59,984 bases of DNA from a virus (Duplodnaviria > Caudoviricetes), in IMG/VR virus record IMGVR_UViG_3300022602_000102, positions 1-59,984 of that record; one strand, 5' to 3'. The first letter of the stretch is position 1; each line of letters opens with the position of its first letter. Shown here one piece after another: positions 17,456-32,200 of the stretch. The notes under the pieces were generated by a model. The model was not told where the DNA came from, did not search any database, and was given only the letters and a program-made list of their open reading frames with translations. Position numbers and translations under genes: made by a program.

Positions 17456-19596
17456 TAGATTCCAACTCCAGTGTAAATGATATAATTTATAGTTAAGTAC
17501 GGATTCATAATGTTGATTGCTTGTCCAGTCAATGTAGAACCACTTGACTGATTCAATACAGGACCAGCATCTGCTAATCCTCGATTAGTTCCACTTGGAG
17601 TAATACCGTATCCTGCTCTTGTTGCAGCATCTGAATCTGAAATACTTGAAGTATCGCCAACTGCATAGTATTGCGTGTTTCCATTGCTTTTTAAACTATG
17701 TGTATGCTGTGGTATTTGACTTGTTGTCAATGTTAATGTGCTTGCTCCTGGTCCAGATAAAGCATCTGAACCGGCTCCAATATTATCTGCTGTAGTATCT
17801 GTCACACGGTTAGCCGCTGATCCAACTGTACTAATCAAATTATTAGCATTACCACTGCTAGGTACTTGAATATTATTGTTCATATTATCAGCACCTAATG
17901 GGAAACGGCCTCTTAAGTCTGGTAATTTAAATGTTGCAGCACCTTTTAAATCGTTTGATGTTCCGTTACTATATGTGTATCCAATTAATTTAAAAAGTAC
18001 AGGGTATGTTTGTTGTAAAACTTCGCTACCGTCACATAGTAAATATCCAGCAGGTACATTAGCTGCCGGGCCTGCAAAAGGAAATATACAACCAACAGGA
18101 ACTAACGGTACATGATTAAAGAATGTAGTCTTACTCATCTGTACCAACGACTGTGTGCCTTGTTGATAAACTACTAATTTGTCTGGAAATACAGAATTTA
18201 ATGATGACGAATCTGTTGCAACTATTGATTGCCCTGTAACAAACGATGAAGTTAATTTAGTATTAAATGTAGCTGTACCGTTAACTGTTGCTCCATTAAA
18301 ATTAATAGAATTACTTGTTACATCGCCTTGTAAACTAAAAATTGTAGGATTAGCCAATTGTGTAGCTGCACCATCAACTGATCCTGAAAAATATCCAGAA
18401 AAAGTTCCGCTAAAATCTCCTACAAAGTTTTGTGCATATATGTTTCTAAATTGTGCAGTCGGTGTTCCGATATCGTATTGAGATGAAGCACTTGGCTGAA
18501 TTGCAACACCACTTGAATTGCCAACTATTAATTCGCCCGATGTAGTAATATTTCCGCCAACTGTTGCATTTCCGGTAATTGTTGCATTTCCAGTTGCGGC
18601 AATATTACCACTAGTTGTAATCCCAACGCTTGAATTAATAGATCCGACTACATCTAATGCTACAATCGGACTAGGGTTGTTTATACCTACATTGCCATTT
18701 GCGCTGATTTGAATTGCATTGCTAGTAGTGCCTACTGAAAACGCCACGCTATTGTTTGGATTAATAGAATTAAAAATTGTACCGGTACCAGTAGTTTTTA
18801 TTTGAAAACTTAAATCGCTACCAATAACTAGACCATCATTATTTCTAACATTCAACACAGAATTAGTAGTATTAGTTCCACCAACATACGTTGTTAAAAA
18901 ATTTGTTGACGCTACAACTTGATTATTAACTAATAATCCGTTAGCTGAACTAGCAGTTCCCCACACTCCAGCAGAATTTCCATTACTAGGATTGAGACTG
19001 TTTGGAGATGTGTAAAGATTAAGACCTTTATTAATAGATGTAAAACCCACTAGTGTTTGTTTAGGAGTAAAACTATCTTGACTTACTATTGCAACTCTGT
19101 TATTATTTGAATATAAACTAATAACATAGTGTGTAGTATTTGTAGTATCAACTATTTCTTCTGCTTGAGGGCCTGTATTAGAACTTGAACTAAATTGAGG
19201 GCCAACTAAGACCCAGCTAGATCCTGACCACACGTATAGTTGACTTGTATCAGTACTAACCCAAACATCGCCTGTATTAGCAGTTGAAGGAGGATTGTTA
19301 CTTAAAGATTTTTTAATTGCGCCTGCTGGATTCCATGTTCCGGCGCCATCATAAACTTTAAGTAAATTGTTAACATTATCATACCATAACTGCCCTTGAA
19401 CAGGAGTAGTAGGTGCTGTAGGATTTGCAAAGTTTTCTAATAAATGCAAAAAATCTGTTGCAAACACAGGAGCGTAACCACTGTAACCCTGGCCAACAAA
19501 AGTCATGCTAGTGGTAGTATCTAAACTTTGATCCTGTACTGTAATAGGAGGCTTGTTTGGATTATTAGTTTCTGTATAGGTAATGGTATACGGCAT
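17455..19596 (-). CDS. Tail fibre with tail-collar domain (paralog 4, gp12-like C-terminus)
   Basis: VPVGCIFPFAG..PAGYLLCDG..YPVLFKLIG..TFKLPDLRGRFPLG collar motif; ends PYLTINYII. Confidence 0.82.
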   Translation of the reverse strand: MPYTITYTETNNPNKPPITVQDQSLDTTTSMTFVGQGYSGYAPVFATDFLHLLENFANPTAPTTPVQGQLWYDNVNNLLKVYDGAGTWNPAGAIKKSLSNNPPSTANTGDVWVSTDTSQLYVWSGSSWVLVGPQFSSSSNTGPQAEEIVDTTNTTHYVISLYSNNNRVAIVSQDSFTPKQTLVGFTSINKGLNLYTSPNSLNPSNGNSAGVWGTASSANGLLVNNQVVASTNFLTTYVGGTNTTNSVLNVRNNDGLVIGSDLSFQIKTTGTGTIFNSINPNNSVAFSVGTTSNAIQISANGNVGINNPSPIVALDVVGSINSSVGITTSGNIAATGNATITGNATVGGNITTSGELIVGNSSGVAIQPSASSQYDIGTPTAQFRNIYAQNFVGDFSGTFSGYFSGSVDGAATQLANPTIFSLQGDVTSNSINFNGATVNGTATFNTKLTSSFVTGQSIVATDSSSLNSVFPDKLVVYQQGTQSLVQMSKTTFFNHVPLVPVGCIFPFAGPAANVPAGYLLCDGSEVLQQTYPVLFKLIGYTYSNGTSNDLKGAATFKLPDLRGRFPLGADNMNNNIQVPSSGNANNLISTVGSAANRVTDTTADNIGAGSDALSGPGASTLTLTTSQIPQHTHSLKSNGNTQYYAVGDTSSISDSDAATRAGYGITPSGTNRGLADAGPVLNQSSGSTLTGQAINIMNPYLTINYIIYTGVGI

Positions 19597-19599
19597 CTA

Positions 19600-20208
19600 T
19601 TATACTCCTACTAAGCCAGTTAAACTTTGAATACGTACTGTGTAGTCAACTTGAATAAGTCTGTTTAAGCTCTTTAATACTGGGTGAAAAATAACATGTG
19701 TTAATAACAAACTTTCGCCTGTAGAACTATAACTTTGTAGTCCTAATTCGTCAAATACGTAAGTAGATGTGCCATCACTATTAGTATCATATGCAGCTTG
19801 ACCGCTTGGCTCACCGTAATCTAACAAACAACTTACAAATATATCTGTATAATTTTGCCCTGTTGTATGTCTAACTTCAGTGAAATTACGAGTAGAATCG
19901 ACGTTGGTACTTGAATTAGGATCAACTATCTTTTGATATGTTTGATTGTACAAACTTGCGTTAGTACCACTGGTATTTGGTGTAAGATATGTAATAATAC
20001 CAGTGGGATCAATACTTGTCCCGCCGTTCCCGAAGGCCATTTGGTATACAAATCCCTGGCCGCTGTTGGTCATTGCTTCCACAATAGCGACGCTGATGTT
20101 TTCATAGTGAATGGCATTACGTTTATTAATATAAACTTCGTCTGAAATAGGGTCATAAATCTTAATATGGCCCTCAATATGAATTCCGGTTTCGTCTTTA
20201 GTCTGCAT
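19600..20208 (-). CDS. Putative virion/baseplate structural protein
   Basis: 202-aa ORF in the tail block with late promoter; FDELGL..LLTHVIFHPV.KS motif. Confidence 0.6.
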   Translation of the reverse strand: MQTKDETGIHIEGHIKIYDPISDEVYINKRNAIHYENISVAIVEAMTNSGQGFVYQMAFGNGGTSIDPTGIITYLTPNTSGTNASLYNQTYQKIVDPNSSTNVDSTRNFTEVRHTTGQNYTDIFVSCLLDYGEPSGQAAYDTNSDGTSTYVFDELGLQSYSSTGESLLLTHVIFHPVLKSLNRLIQVDYTVRIQSLTGLVGV

Positions 20209-20228
20209 ATCAATCTCTCTTTATCTTA

Positions 20229-20236
20229 TATTTATC
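20229..20236 (-). promoter_or_regulatory. Putative late promoter GATAAATA
   Basis: TATTTATC on + strand, about 20 nt upstream of the 20208 start. Confidence 0.6.
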
Positions 20237-20256
20237 TTGTACTATAAACCGATAGT

Positions 20257-23200
20257 TTAATCCTTAAATCCTGTGTACCAAACACCCGGTTCTGCTTTGA
20301 TAAAATCAGGTATTGTACCAGAATCATTGAGGATATTTACTGGATTATTCTTATTTCCGTCCCATGCTACACCGGTAGTTTGAACTACTGAAACCTGAGT
20401 ACCTTGTGTCATTGGGTTAGTCAATGTTAATTCAGCTGTAGTCGAAGAAACGTTGGAAATAGTGAAATCAGCTGGGTATGTAACATCCCCGGCAGGGCTA
20501 TATGGTGCTTGATTTATGTCAAATATCTTATAAGATGATTTTTTCAAACGAACCATGTCACTAGTTCCACCGACAAATACCTCGTATAAAGATCCGTAGT
20601 TAGTAAACTTAGATCCAACAACTGCAACGTTGGTTAATGTAAGTGTATTTGTAACACCGTCTGCTATGAAATTCTGTACAGAAACTGTATCAGTATATGG
20701 AACTGTTGAACTAGACCCAATATCTTGTACATAAACTCCTGCTCTGTATAAATTACGCATGCCAGTACCCAACGTTCCGCGTCTTAATTTACTTAATGTA
20801 TTACCATTAATTGCAAAGAACTCTATACGTTCGCCCTGTATCTCAATAATACCTGGTCTGTTTGTCGAAACATTAGGAATATCAAAAATAGAACCATTAT
20901 CGACAACGATTTCTGTGTCATTCCAATTTAAATCTTGAGCTAACTTAGTTTGCTTGTTAAGACTTAGACGTTTATAACTTACTCTATTAAGCATATCTTT
21001 AAATTGCATGTAAGAAACATTACCTACTACAGAACTGACCCCGTACGTCATTAAGGAATATGTGTCACTGCTAATCGGAGTAACATTTAGTCTTACTGAC
21101 TGTCTATCATCTTGTACAATATAATCAACTCCTGGAATTAATAATGTCTTATTTTTACTCAACCATACGTATTGATCATCGAATACTGGTCTATCTAATG
21201 GAATTACTCCACTAGCTAGTTGTTGATAATAAGAATACTGTACTGTGCCTGGTGTTAATGTTGAAGTAGTTGAAATAGTCACAGCGGTTCTTTCAATATC
21301 AATGATTGAATTATTATAAGAACTGAATACTTGTATCTTTTTCGTAGGATCTGGTGCTTGTGCAAGATTTAAATTTGCAGAGCCTGTTTTGGTATTTGTA
21401 ATATTAACAGTATAATCAGCGTTAGTGTTTATAGTAACAATTAACTGATTTCCGATATTAGCATTATATATTTTATTCAATAATGTAACAGTAATTGTTG
21501 TTAAATCAATAGTGTAATCTTTTGTCAACGATAGTTTAGTTCCATTAATGTAAACTCCAACATCGGTAAACTTTGTTGTATTATCTGGAACATATTTTTT
21601 AGTATCGAATATATATGTTTTTACACCTTTTTCAATTGTAAAATAATCTGCTACTGGAGGTGTTAACACGGTATTACCTAACATAACAACCATACCTAAT
21701 TCAACTGGTAATCCAATTCCCTGAGGAGTTGATATCGGATATGTTGTTACACCCGACTGAACAATAATATCACTAGTTGTAGTAACTGCAAAGTTTTGTT
21801 GCAACCCTTCTGTAATAATATAAGTTATAGTCGAATTTAATGAAGGTGCTACTGCAAATCTAAAACCAATTAACCCACTCACTGTGTATGTGGAATCTGT
21901 TTTAAATAACAATGGTGTAACAACATTACCGTTTAAGTAGATTAAAGATGTAATGTTAGTTAACCAAGGAGCTTTGGTTACAAATTCTGTAGTAACCCCA
22001 TCGCAAATAAAATAATCACCATCCAAAGTATTTTTACTATTATGTCCTAAACTAAAAATACTTACAAGTTGTCCAGCTGTTAACCCTGTAACAAAAACGA
22101 TTGTATTATTAGAAGTATTAACGTTATAATCTGTTGCAGAAACTGCAATTTCATTATCTACTTTAACAATAACACCTGTTGAGCTTGTAGGAGATTGTGT
22201 TATATTAAAAACTGATTGGCCGGCAGATGCAACATACGTATCAGTTTTAACTGACGCATAAACATCGTATGGCTGGTCAAATACTTTAATAGCTAAAGTG
22301 TCTACTACTTGGCCCGGAACTACTTCTTCAGGTGCTGGGCTTGAAGTCGGTGTTACTAAACCGTCACCATCTATCACTATATCATCTGCTAGTAACCCTG
22401 TAGCAGTTGAATAAGCTAGATCGCCGCCCGATATAGCGGTATCGTAATCTTGCACTGGCGGAGCGATTGAACCATCACTAGTACTCTTACGCAATATAAA
22501 TTCATCACCATCGTTAACTGTATAAGATTGAGGAATACTTATAATAGTTTCTGGTAAGCCGCTATTGAATTGCTGAATTGTTGCAGTTGCAGTAGCGGTT
22601 TGAATTCCAGAACTAATAGTAACTGTTGGATTGTTTAAGTAGCCACCACCTGGATTAGTAATAGTTATTGAACTCAAACCATATACTATCGATATAGTAG
22701 CATACTGGCCTGTGCCGCCAGTTAAAGTTAAATGTGATTCATCTAACGATCCAGTAAATGTAGTTGATGACACAATAGACATTGTGTCAATTGGGCCTAC
22801 TGGAACTACTTGGTTGCTAGCTACTCTAGTAACTTCAAATATAACCGCACCGCTACCAGTAATCGTAGTAGAAGAATGTCCGCTTAATAATGCTGTAGTT
22901 TGTTTAAGGTTAACGGTCCAAGTACTACCAGCACCTGTACCACTTATATTTCCAGTAATATAGGTAATAGCATTACTTGTTATAATACCTGCGGTAATTT
23001 GAGTTGCTACACTAGACATGTAAATAGTACCGTTGATAGAAAGTGGTGTATTAATAGTGTAAACTCCCACTCCTCCTGCGGTTCCAGATACTTGACTTGT
23101 AATTGATACAGTATTTGAAGGTATATTACTACCTGAAATCACTTGTCCAACTGCTATTGTACCGCTTGATACACTGGTTACAAATAAGTATTCACCAGTT

Positions 23201-26200
23201 CCAGAACCACTAGATGAACTAATTGTACCTGCAAAGTTAGATAAAGTAACAACTTTAGAATAAGAAACAGTAGTATCTGTTGCAGCTATTACTGTAAAGG
23301 TACCGTTATATGCAACTGGTGCTATACCCGATACTGTAATTAGTTGTCCTATTGCAAAAGGCACATAGCCTGCGCTTAATGCTGTAAATGTTAATGTAAC
23401 AGTACCAGTTGTTGTATCACAACTTGCGCCAGTTGTTGTAATTCCACTATGACTCTGTGCAATACCCGAACCAGTAAGTATCATACCAACTTGTACAGTG
23501 CCGGATGCAACAGTGCCTACTGTTAATATTGTGTTAGAAATTACAGAATTATTCAATACCGCAGGAACAACACCGTCAGCTGGTTGGGCAACTAGTATAT
23601 CACCTACGTTATAACCAACTCCGTTGTTACTTCCATCATAATTAACGCCAATAGCAGTCATGACTGCTGCACCAGTTGCAGTATATAAAGGAGCATTTAA
23701 ATCACTAGGACTAAATGTTACCGTTGGAATTGTAACATACTGTCCTGCATTAGTAACAGTTGTAGATAATACAGGGAAAGGCGTTTGCATTATAGCATTA
23801 CCGTTGGTCTGATTAGATGTTCCAAATTTAGAATCGTCTAATCTAATTGGATTTATGTTGCCAGTAATAACTAAATTGGATCCTATTGTCAAAGGTTTAA
23901 GTAACTGTATTGTTCCATCACTAAACACATCAACATCGATAGTTTCTTCCAATACTCTAGTAAATGATATAGTCGAACCATCTGGGATATCTTGATAAAC
24001 AATGGTATCAATAACTTTAGTAATGCTACCATACCCTGTAACGCTAGCAGTTAGTGTACTTGCAAAAGTTACACTGTTGGTGGTGTAATTTGTTACTACA
24101 AATAATCCATTGTATTTGTCTGGAGTGAATCCAGTAACGCTAATTAAATCTCCAGTAATATAAGGAGCTGTAGATTTAGTTGCAAAAGTCATTGTAACTG
24201 TAGTACCGTTACTTGTTACTGTTAATATATTCAAACTTGTGGTTATATCCAACACACCAAGTTTGACAGTATTTTCAGAACTGTTAACTGTTTGAACTAC
24301 TGTGTTATAAGAAATTGCTGGGATTGTTCGACCATTAACTGTTTGGTTAATAGTAGAAGTTATTACATCGTTAATAGCTATATCAGTCGTGCTGGTCAAA
24401 CTCAACAAGTTACTTCCTGGATAATTAAATCTGAAATTTAAAGGTATTGCTGGAGGAGAAGTAAACACTGTTCTAACAGAGGTTATTGCTCCTGTAGATG
24501 ACACACCTGTAATTACAACCAACACATCGTTACCTGGTGTAACACCGTCGACGAAAGATGTTCCTAGAATCTTAATACTATTAGTAGTAGCTTGATTTAT
24601 ATTTGCAACATAATTTGATCCGCCGTTAACAATTACAGCAGTATAGCCGGTGTCAGTTGCTACTATGTTAAACACGGCACCTGAACCTGGAATGCTTCCA
24701 ACTTTTGTACCAGTTAAATTTAAATACTCTCTACTTGCCGGATTGCTATCAGGAGCAGCACTAATTTTTAAAGTATGACTGTCAATTACAGAAACAACTG
24801 TTTGATTGGATGCAAATCCGTTACCGATAATAGTCATTCCTAAATTACCGTCAACACTTCCGATAATCCCAGTAGTACTTGAAACTTTCAATGTTGTATA
24901 GTAACTACCAGTTGCAATATAGTTTGTCGATGTGCTGGTTGTTTCGACGGTAATTACATTTGTCACCACTGGAGCAGATGCATTGATATTGTAATCATAT
25001 TTTAATTCTGATACATCGGTTATAGTATGAGTATCAACGCTAGTAGATTTTTTGTAAATGTTAATTTCTGTTCCAAGAGCTGCTGAATTAGGCAAAATAA
25101 TTGAATGAGTGTTAGAAGCTACAGTTACAAAATAATTGTTATCTGTAAATGAAGTATCAAAATTGTCCCATTTATCTGTATAGTATGGAGTAGTTCCCCA
25201 TCCGCCACTAACATTAAATCCTAATCCTGTAACTTGAACGCCACCGTAGTCAACTCCTGTCATTAATTGCGACAACTCTTTTCCTAGTTGTCCAGTAGTT
25301 GGATTATAATAATATTGAATACGATCCGTTGCAGATAACACAGATTGATCGATAGTATAGTTAACTACGATTGTACTTCCAGATGCTGGCGCATTAGTAA
25401 ATGTAATAGTGCCTGAATATTGAGTGTAACCGTTACTAGTTGATGTAACTATTGCAAAAGAATACAATTCACGGAGGACTGGCACACCATTAATTGTTAC
25501 CGATGAAGTTCCAACGGTAGAATCTGGGGCCCATGTTAATGCAAATTGTATTTTAGATCCTGTACCTGTAAATGTCTGAGACTGAGTAAGATTAGTAATA
25601 ACATAATTACCACTAGTTCTATCAAACTTTATACCAATTAATGAAGATCTGACAACACTGTCTCCGATAATAGCTGTTGCAGTTGCAGGAGTTCCTCCAA
25701 TGCCAACACCGCCAGATATAGTAATTGTTGGAGCTGATAAGTATCCACTACCTCCAGATATTAATACAATTCTGTTAACAACACCGTTAGCGATAAATGC
25801 GGTAGCTGAGGCGCCGGATCCACTAGAACCTGTAAACACAACCTCTGGAGGTGTAACATACCCAGATCCACCATTAACTAAAACAATTTCGGTTATACTA
25901 AATCCAACATTATCCAACCAAAACTTCCAAGGATATGTCTGTATAGCAGTATTATCCGCATCGATTAAACCGTTAGCGACTACTGTATTAATCGGAACTA
26001 CCCTATTTGTATAAATTGGTTGCAAATCAAAGTCGGAAATTGCAGTAGATCCTAAATCTAAATTAGTATAGTTACTGATATACTCGCGCAGTTTTGTTCT
26101 GTAAGGTTTTACTTCACTTACATAATCTTCAAAATTGGCAATATTATCTACAGGATAGTTCACTGGTTGATCTAGATTGCCAACATTGTGTGTAGCACGT

Positions 26201-29200
26201 ACAAAACTAGTTTTGAACGCCCAGTCAATAAACACTTGCTCGCTATGTGCATATTTTATTGCGGCAATAAACAAATCTAGATAGTTTTGTTTTAAATCAC
26301 CGATGAAAATATCTTGTTTAATAGCATTTAAAATAATACGTAATTCTGTAGAAGCTACAACGTCGAACCCGTTATCGTAAATATCAGAATCATATCCAAT
26401 ATTAGTAGTTTCAAAGTTGTATAATTTAGTGCTTAGTTGAATTGTTCCGTTTTGTATACCAACTACATTGTAACTTTGTGTCCAGTCAACGCTAGTACTG
26501 TTAGCATATTTTTCTAACAATAACCAGCCGCCGGAGTTTACAGTAGAAACTTTTACAAGCTCTCCAATTTTAGGCTGAATTGAATTTAATTCAACTAAAG
26601 TAGAAATTAAATAATCAGCAGATGTATACTGACTATATCCAGTTGCATACCAATCTGCATAATTCCAATAATTTCTAACATCATACGCTTGTGTTAGAAT
26701 TCTTGACCATGTGCCGGCGCCTGTGCTAGTTGAACTAGGTGTCCAGGAATAGATACTCCAGTTACCATTAGCCTGACTATCGCTAGATACTAACACACAA
26801 TAACTTCTTACAACAAGTGTAGTATTATCAGGATCATATCCTGCGCCGCCGTTATATACTGAAACTCCTGTTATTTTACCATTAGTAATAGTTGTAGTAA
26901 TCTTGGCGTTTTTACCAGATCCTACAATTTCAACACTTGGGCCAATACCGGTATTGTCATCAGTACCATTACCATAACCGCTACCTGCAAATGTTATAGT
27001 AACGTTTGTAATCGTTCCATTTACAATTACTGGTGTTAATTGCGCTTGTCTAAACGAATTAATGTTAACGTATGCTAAATCTGCATCTGTATTTTGTGTT
27101 TGGTCGTATAAACCTGTAACAGTAGTAGGAGTTGTGTCATAACTTTCTAACTGAGTAAGATTATAATTTTCACTTATTTGATTTAGTAGTAGTGTAACGT
27201 TAACACGTTCAACAAATTCTTTCAATGCCTCAATGCGATTTACAAACATGCTTTGACGAGGTCTATTTAAAATACCGTAACGTAGTTTAACAGGTTGTTT
27301 AGGATCCGGTACAGGGCGGCCTGCGCTGTCAACACCGCATAAACTATCAAACCATTTTTGTTCAATCGTTGCTGGCAAGTCAACATTTGTATCATCGCTG
27401 ATTAAACTCCACTGACTATGTACATTTTGATCTGTCTTATCTGTTAACCAATATTCTACAGCTAGGACTACATCTTTTGATTTCAAATATGAACGAGCAT
27501 TTACTAAACTAAAGCTATCAGCACCTAGTAGTGCAAGATATGTATATGCTTGACCTCGAGGATTTGATATTAATAAAGACACATCCAGAGCAGACATGTT
27601 TCTGCCTGGGGCTGCTGGTGTAACGTTTTTATTTTTTACCCAGAAATAGTAAGTATTTGTAAATTTCTTAGTAATGTTATTATATTTTTGTGTAGTACAA
27701 TAAGCATTATTTCCGTACAAACTTGTTCCACTAATACCCTGTGCTAAACCAGCAGGAGTGTCTGCTTGAGCATCCCATGCTTCTGGTAACAATTTTGTGC
27801 TTACCCATTCGTAAATATCTACACTTGCGCCAACAGCCAATGTATTCCAAGAATTGTTTCTGTAACTTACATCATCTAGATAAGCGTTAACAAACTTAGC
27901 TGTTGATAGATTCCACCATAGTTGACCAACTTGCGCTGGGCCCCAGAATGATTTAGTATCTGTATTCACAGGTGCATTATTAGCTGAGTAAGAGTATGTA
28001 GAAGGATCATAGAATGATTTATATTTTATTTCTTCATCAGCTGGGCCTGGTATTTTTCCCTGATTTGGATCAATAACATCTAGATAAGTCGACAATGTGC
28101 CAAGTGCTTTATTGTATAAGAACGCTTTTTTAATTTTCTTAACATTGGCTATTGATACACCTGTTCGACCTACAGTCCAAGAAAGAGCACTCTGAGGTTT
28201 ACTATAAGCATATATTAAACCAGAATGTGTGTATGTTCTATCAGTTGCATACGGTGCGCTGACTATAATTTGATTATTACAAACTGCAAATCCAATACCG
28301 TATCCATCAGTTGAACTATTAGTTGTTGATAAACTTTCACTGAATACCCAAGTGTTTGCATACATGTCATATATGTCTACTCGTCCACTGCCTGGATGCT
28401 GTGTTACGAAATCAGTACTTGATTTATCAAAGGTTGTTGTATTCTTATCTAATGTAGTTGTAATACTTGTATTGCCATGCTCGCTATAGACTATCAGTGT
28501 TTGATAGTCGTTCATGAAGGCAATCTTACTACCAAAATTACTGTATGGTTGCGGATATTGATTAGTTATAGTAAACACAGGATTTTGATTATAACTACCA
28601 TTTACACGTTGATACACATATACAGCGCCTACTGTATAATCCGATACGGCAATATATGTTCCGTTGTTAGAAACTGCAACAGATTGTCCGTATGAACTGC
28701 TATATCGAATAGTCTCTGTAGAGCTTAATTGCTCCGAAGTATTAGAATTAAGGTTGTATATAAATGCGTTGTAAGGAGGAGCTCCTGCCGATGTTGTAAC
28801 TACAAGTGTTGAATTATCAGCACTTACTGTTAAATTATTACCAAAACCGGTATTAGTAATCGATGGCGTTGGATCAAATGTATTGCCAAAACTCCAACTT
28901 TCTTCAACAAATTTTAATGCTCCAGTAGGTGTTGAGTCTGGAGCAGCATTTAATGTAACTGTGTTAACGCTAGTTATAGCAGTAACATACTGTCCCGAAG
29001 TAAATCCAGTACCTTGAACGTACATTCCAACTGAAATTCCATACACAGGAACAGCGACATTGCTTGACAACACTAGTTGATAAGGGTCTGCTGTTGTAAA
29101 ACTTCCAACAGGATTATAATTTGCTGGTACATAGTTTGTTATTCCGTAATTTAATGAATACACTCTACCTGTACTGCTATTATAACCTTCTGCCGATATG

Positions 29201-32200
29201 TATAGGGTGTTGCTTCCAAACTCTAAATTAGATCCAAACAATTCATAGTCAACAGGTACTGGGCTTACAATAGTATCCACTAGTGAATAAAAATTGTTGT
29301 TGTCTTTCTTATACAATGATACAACACCTTGTTGAACATGTATAGATTGATTTGCTAATATTTTTAGTATTGCAGTTCCAGATCCTTGATATGCATAACC
29401 AGTGCCTGGAGTAACACCTGAACTGCTAGCAGTTGCAGTAAAAATAGTACCAACTGCATTAGGAGTTGAGCCAGATGCACCAACAAAGGCAAAATTAGTT
29501 GTTCCTGGGTTTACAATAATATATGTTTTACCTACAACAAATTGTCCATCTGCAACTAACCCTGTACCATTAGCTACAAAAGTAGTTCCAATGTTGTTAT
29601 TAGAAGCACCAATCAAAGTAAAATCAGTTAACAACCCAGCAGAGCCTACACTATTAATCTGATAAGTGTTACCTATTTGGAAATTTCCTGATTCAATAAT
29701 ATCACCATAAGATGTAATGGCGCTTGATAGATAGTTAATTTTTGTCCACGCAGATTGTCCAGTTTGGCTTTGAGATACAAACCCATATATAACTCCGTTA
29801 GTTGCTTGAACTTCAAATGTTAAATCATTTATAATATCCTGGCCGCCGAGATCACTGCCCGAGATTACAATTTTGTCGCCAGTTAAGTACCCAGTACCGC
29901 CATTTGTAATACCTTGTGAAACAATACTATATCCACCGATATATGTAGATACTGTAAATGTTGCGCCAGTTCCAGGAACTATTACACCGCTTACATTAGC
30001 TTTAGTAGCGGCAAGTAACACAGAATTTTCTTTAGAACTAGGCACTCCACTCACAATAGAAATTGCAGAAATTCCTGATACTGAATTCAAACTATTCACT
30101 TGAATTAAAATATCATCATTAGGACTTATTCCGCCGAGCTGTGTTCCAACAATTTTTATTATGTTGCCAACTTTATAGCCAATGCCTCCATAATTTACAT
30201 TCACTTGATAAGTTCCATTTGTAGGAACACTTATGCCGTTTACTACAGTAGTAGTTGTAGGAACAACAATTACATCAAATATTGCGCCTGTTCCAGTTAC
30301 AGTAACAGTACCTGTTACACTAGTATATTGAGGAGATATAGCATTTAAAGTTTCATAATAATTTGTGACACCGTCAACAGTGTATGAAACAATAGAACCT
30401 GAACTATAAGTGTGAGTTTGATCGTAAGTACCAGCATATCTAGTAGATACTTCGCCTGCTGTTTTTGATCCTACTGCCAACCATGTGCCATCAGAACTAA
30501 ATTTAACTGCACTTGGTAACGTATTACCAGAACCCCATGTCACTGGAGACGCAATCAGTTGGTGTTCTGCCCAACTAGTAGTTGTGCCCGATTTATAGTA
30601 TACTGTAACATCGCCACTATTATCTGCAACTGCTAATAAATTTCCAATTTTAGATACATCTAATATGCTACCAAATGCTAAATTGTTAGAAGGAAATTCA
30701 TTAATTACAGATGATTCGCTGTAAACACGGTTGTATTGCCATGATGCCCAATTGCCATCTCCCGGGAATGTGTTGTCTACCCAAATTATTTCACCATTGT
30801 TAAGTTTAGGTGTTAAGATAGAATCAATACTATCCATGTCACTTGCACGTTGACTAATTAACGCAAATATTGTAATGCTGCTTAACTGTGTAAACGGTTC
30901 TGGGAATCCTTTAATAGTAGTGTTGATAGAGATTGAATTTAAAGTTACACTTGAAACTTGATAAAAACCGGCAAACACACTTACTTGACTAATTCCTATA
31001 TACGATCCAGCAGTAATATTAACAATTTCATTTGCTTTGATTGTTAATACATTTTTAGTCGAATCATAAGTAACACTTTCAACTTTTAAATTAATATCTG
31101 TAAAACGATATACATTCCAGAATCCAGCCTGAGGAGTATCAAACGTTACCCAGATGTAATCGCCGTTGTTAAAAGTTGTAATATCTTGGCTTGTAAGATT
31201 TGATAAAGAACTTAATGTTACATGCACATCTGAAGGATTTACATAACCAGCACTACGTAACAACGGTTTATAGTTTGTAACTGTAGGGAAAGGTGTTGAA
31301 GAATATCCAACAGGTGCTAGGTAAATGTCATTTGGTGTTTGTTGTATAACAAATGGGTTAATAGAAACATCTACTCTAGGAACTAACAAAATTCCTTGAG
31401 GGTTATTTTTAAATTTGTTTTCGTCTAATACAAATTCAATGTCTTCAAATGCGTTGCTTGCACCATATTGCCCAACACGTAACGCCCACTCTTCGTAAAA
31501 TACTAAACTTTCTTCTTGGTCCGAACTTAATACATTAAACAATTTATTAAGTACGTTCTGTGTACCTTTTTCACGAATCATTCCTTGATAGAATTTAAAT
31601 TCGCTAACATCATCTTGAATAATATTATCAAGATATTGACGTTTTTGGTAACCAATTAAATGTTGTGCAATTTTTTGTTGCTCTGAATTAAAATTATCAA
31701 CTTCTGTACTGTAAAAATCTACGAATTGTGTAGCCACAGTTGTCCAGTTAGGCAGTATTTGACTACTTGGTTTAGAAGGTAACTGAGTCCAGTTACTAGA
31801 TTCAAAGGTACTAGTACCTGGTAAAAACTCGTTAGCACTATAATAATAACCTTGATAGGCTATAATATCTCCCATATTATAGTCTTTCCATGGTTGCCAA
31901 TTTTGTATCTTAGCAGCATCAAAAATAAATCCTGGGATATCTAATCCGCCGTACCAATCAATAGTTACATAGCCACTGACTTTAATTCGCTCTCTGCGGT
32001 AGCCGCTTGGAGGATTATAAATCACATCATTAAAGATGTCAGTGTTATTAAGAATAATAACATGTTCGTTTTGTATTAGATAAAAACTAGCACAATAAAT
32101 TCCAGATGTAGTACGTGGAGCATAAGTTACTAAATTTCCATTTCTGTAACTATCTAATTCATTTGGTGTTATCGGAGTGCCGTCAACTTTAAAAATTTCA

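Noticed and set aside
10126-19596. Diversity-generating retroelement or invertible fibre cassette
   Set aside because: No reverse transcriptase or invertase, and no TR/VR-like duplicate noticed by eye; paralog similarity is N-terminal and at protein level
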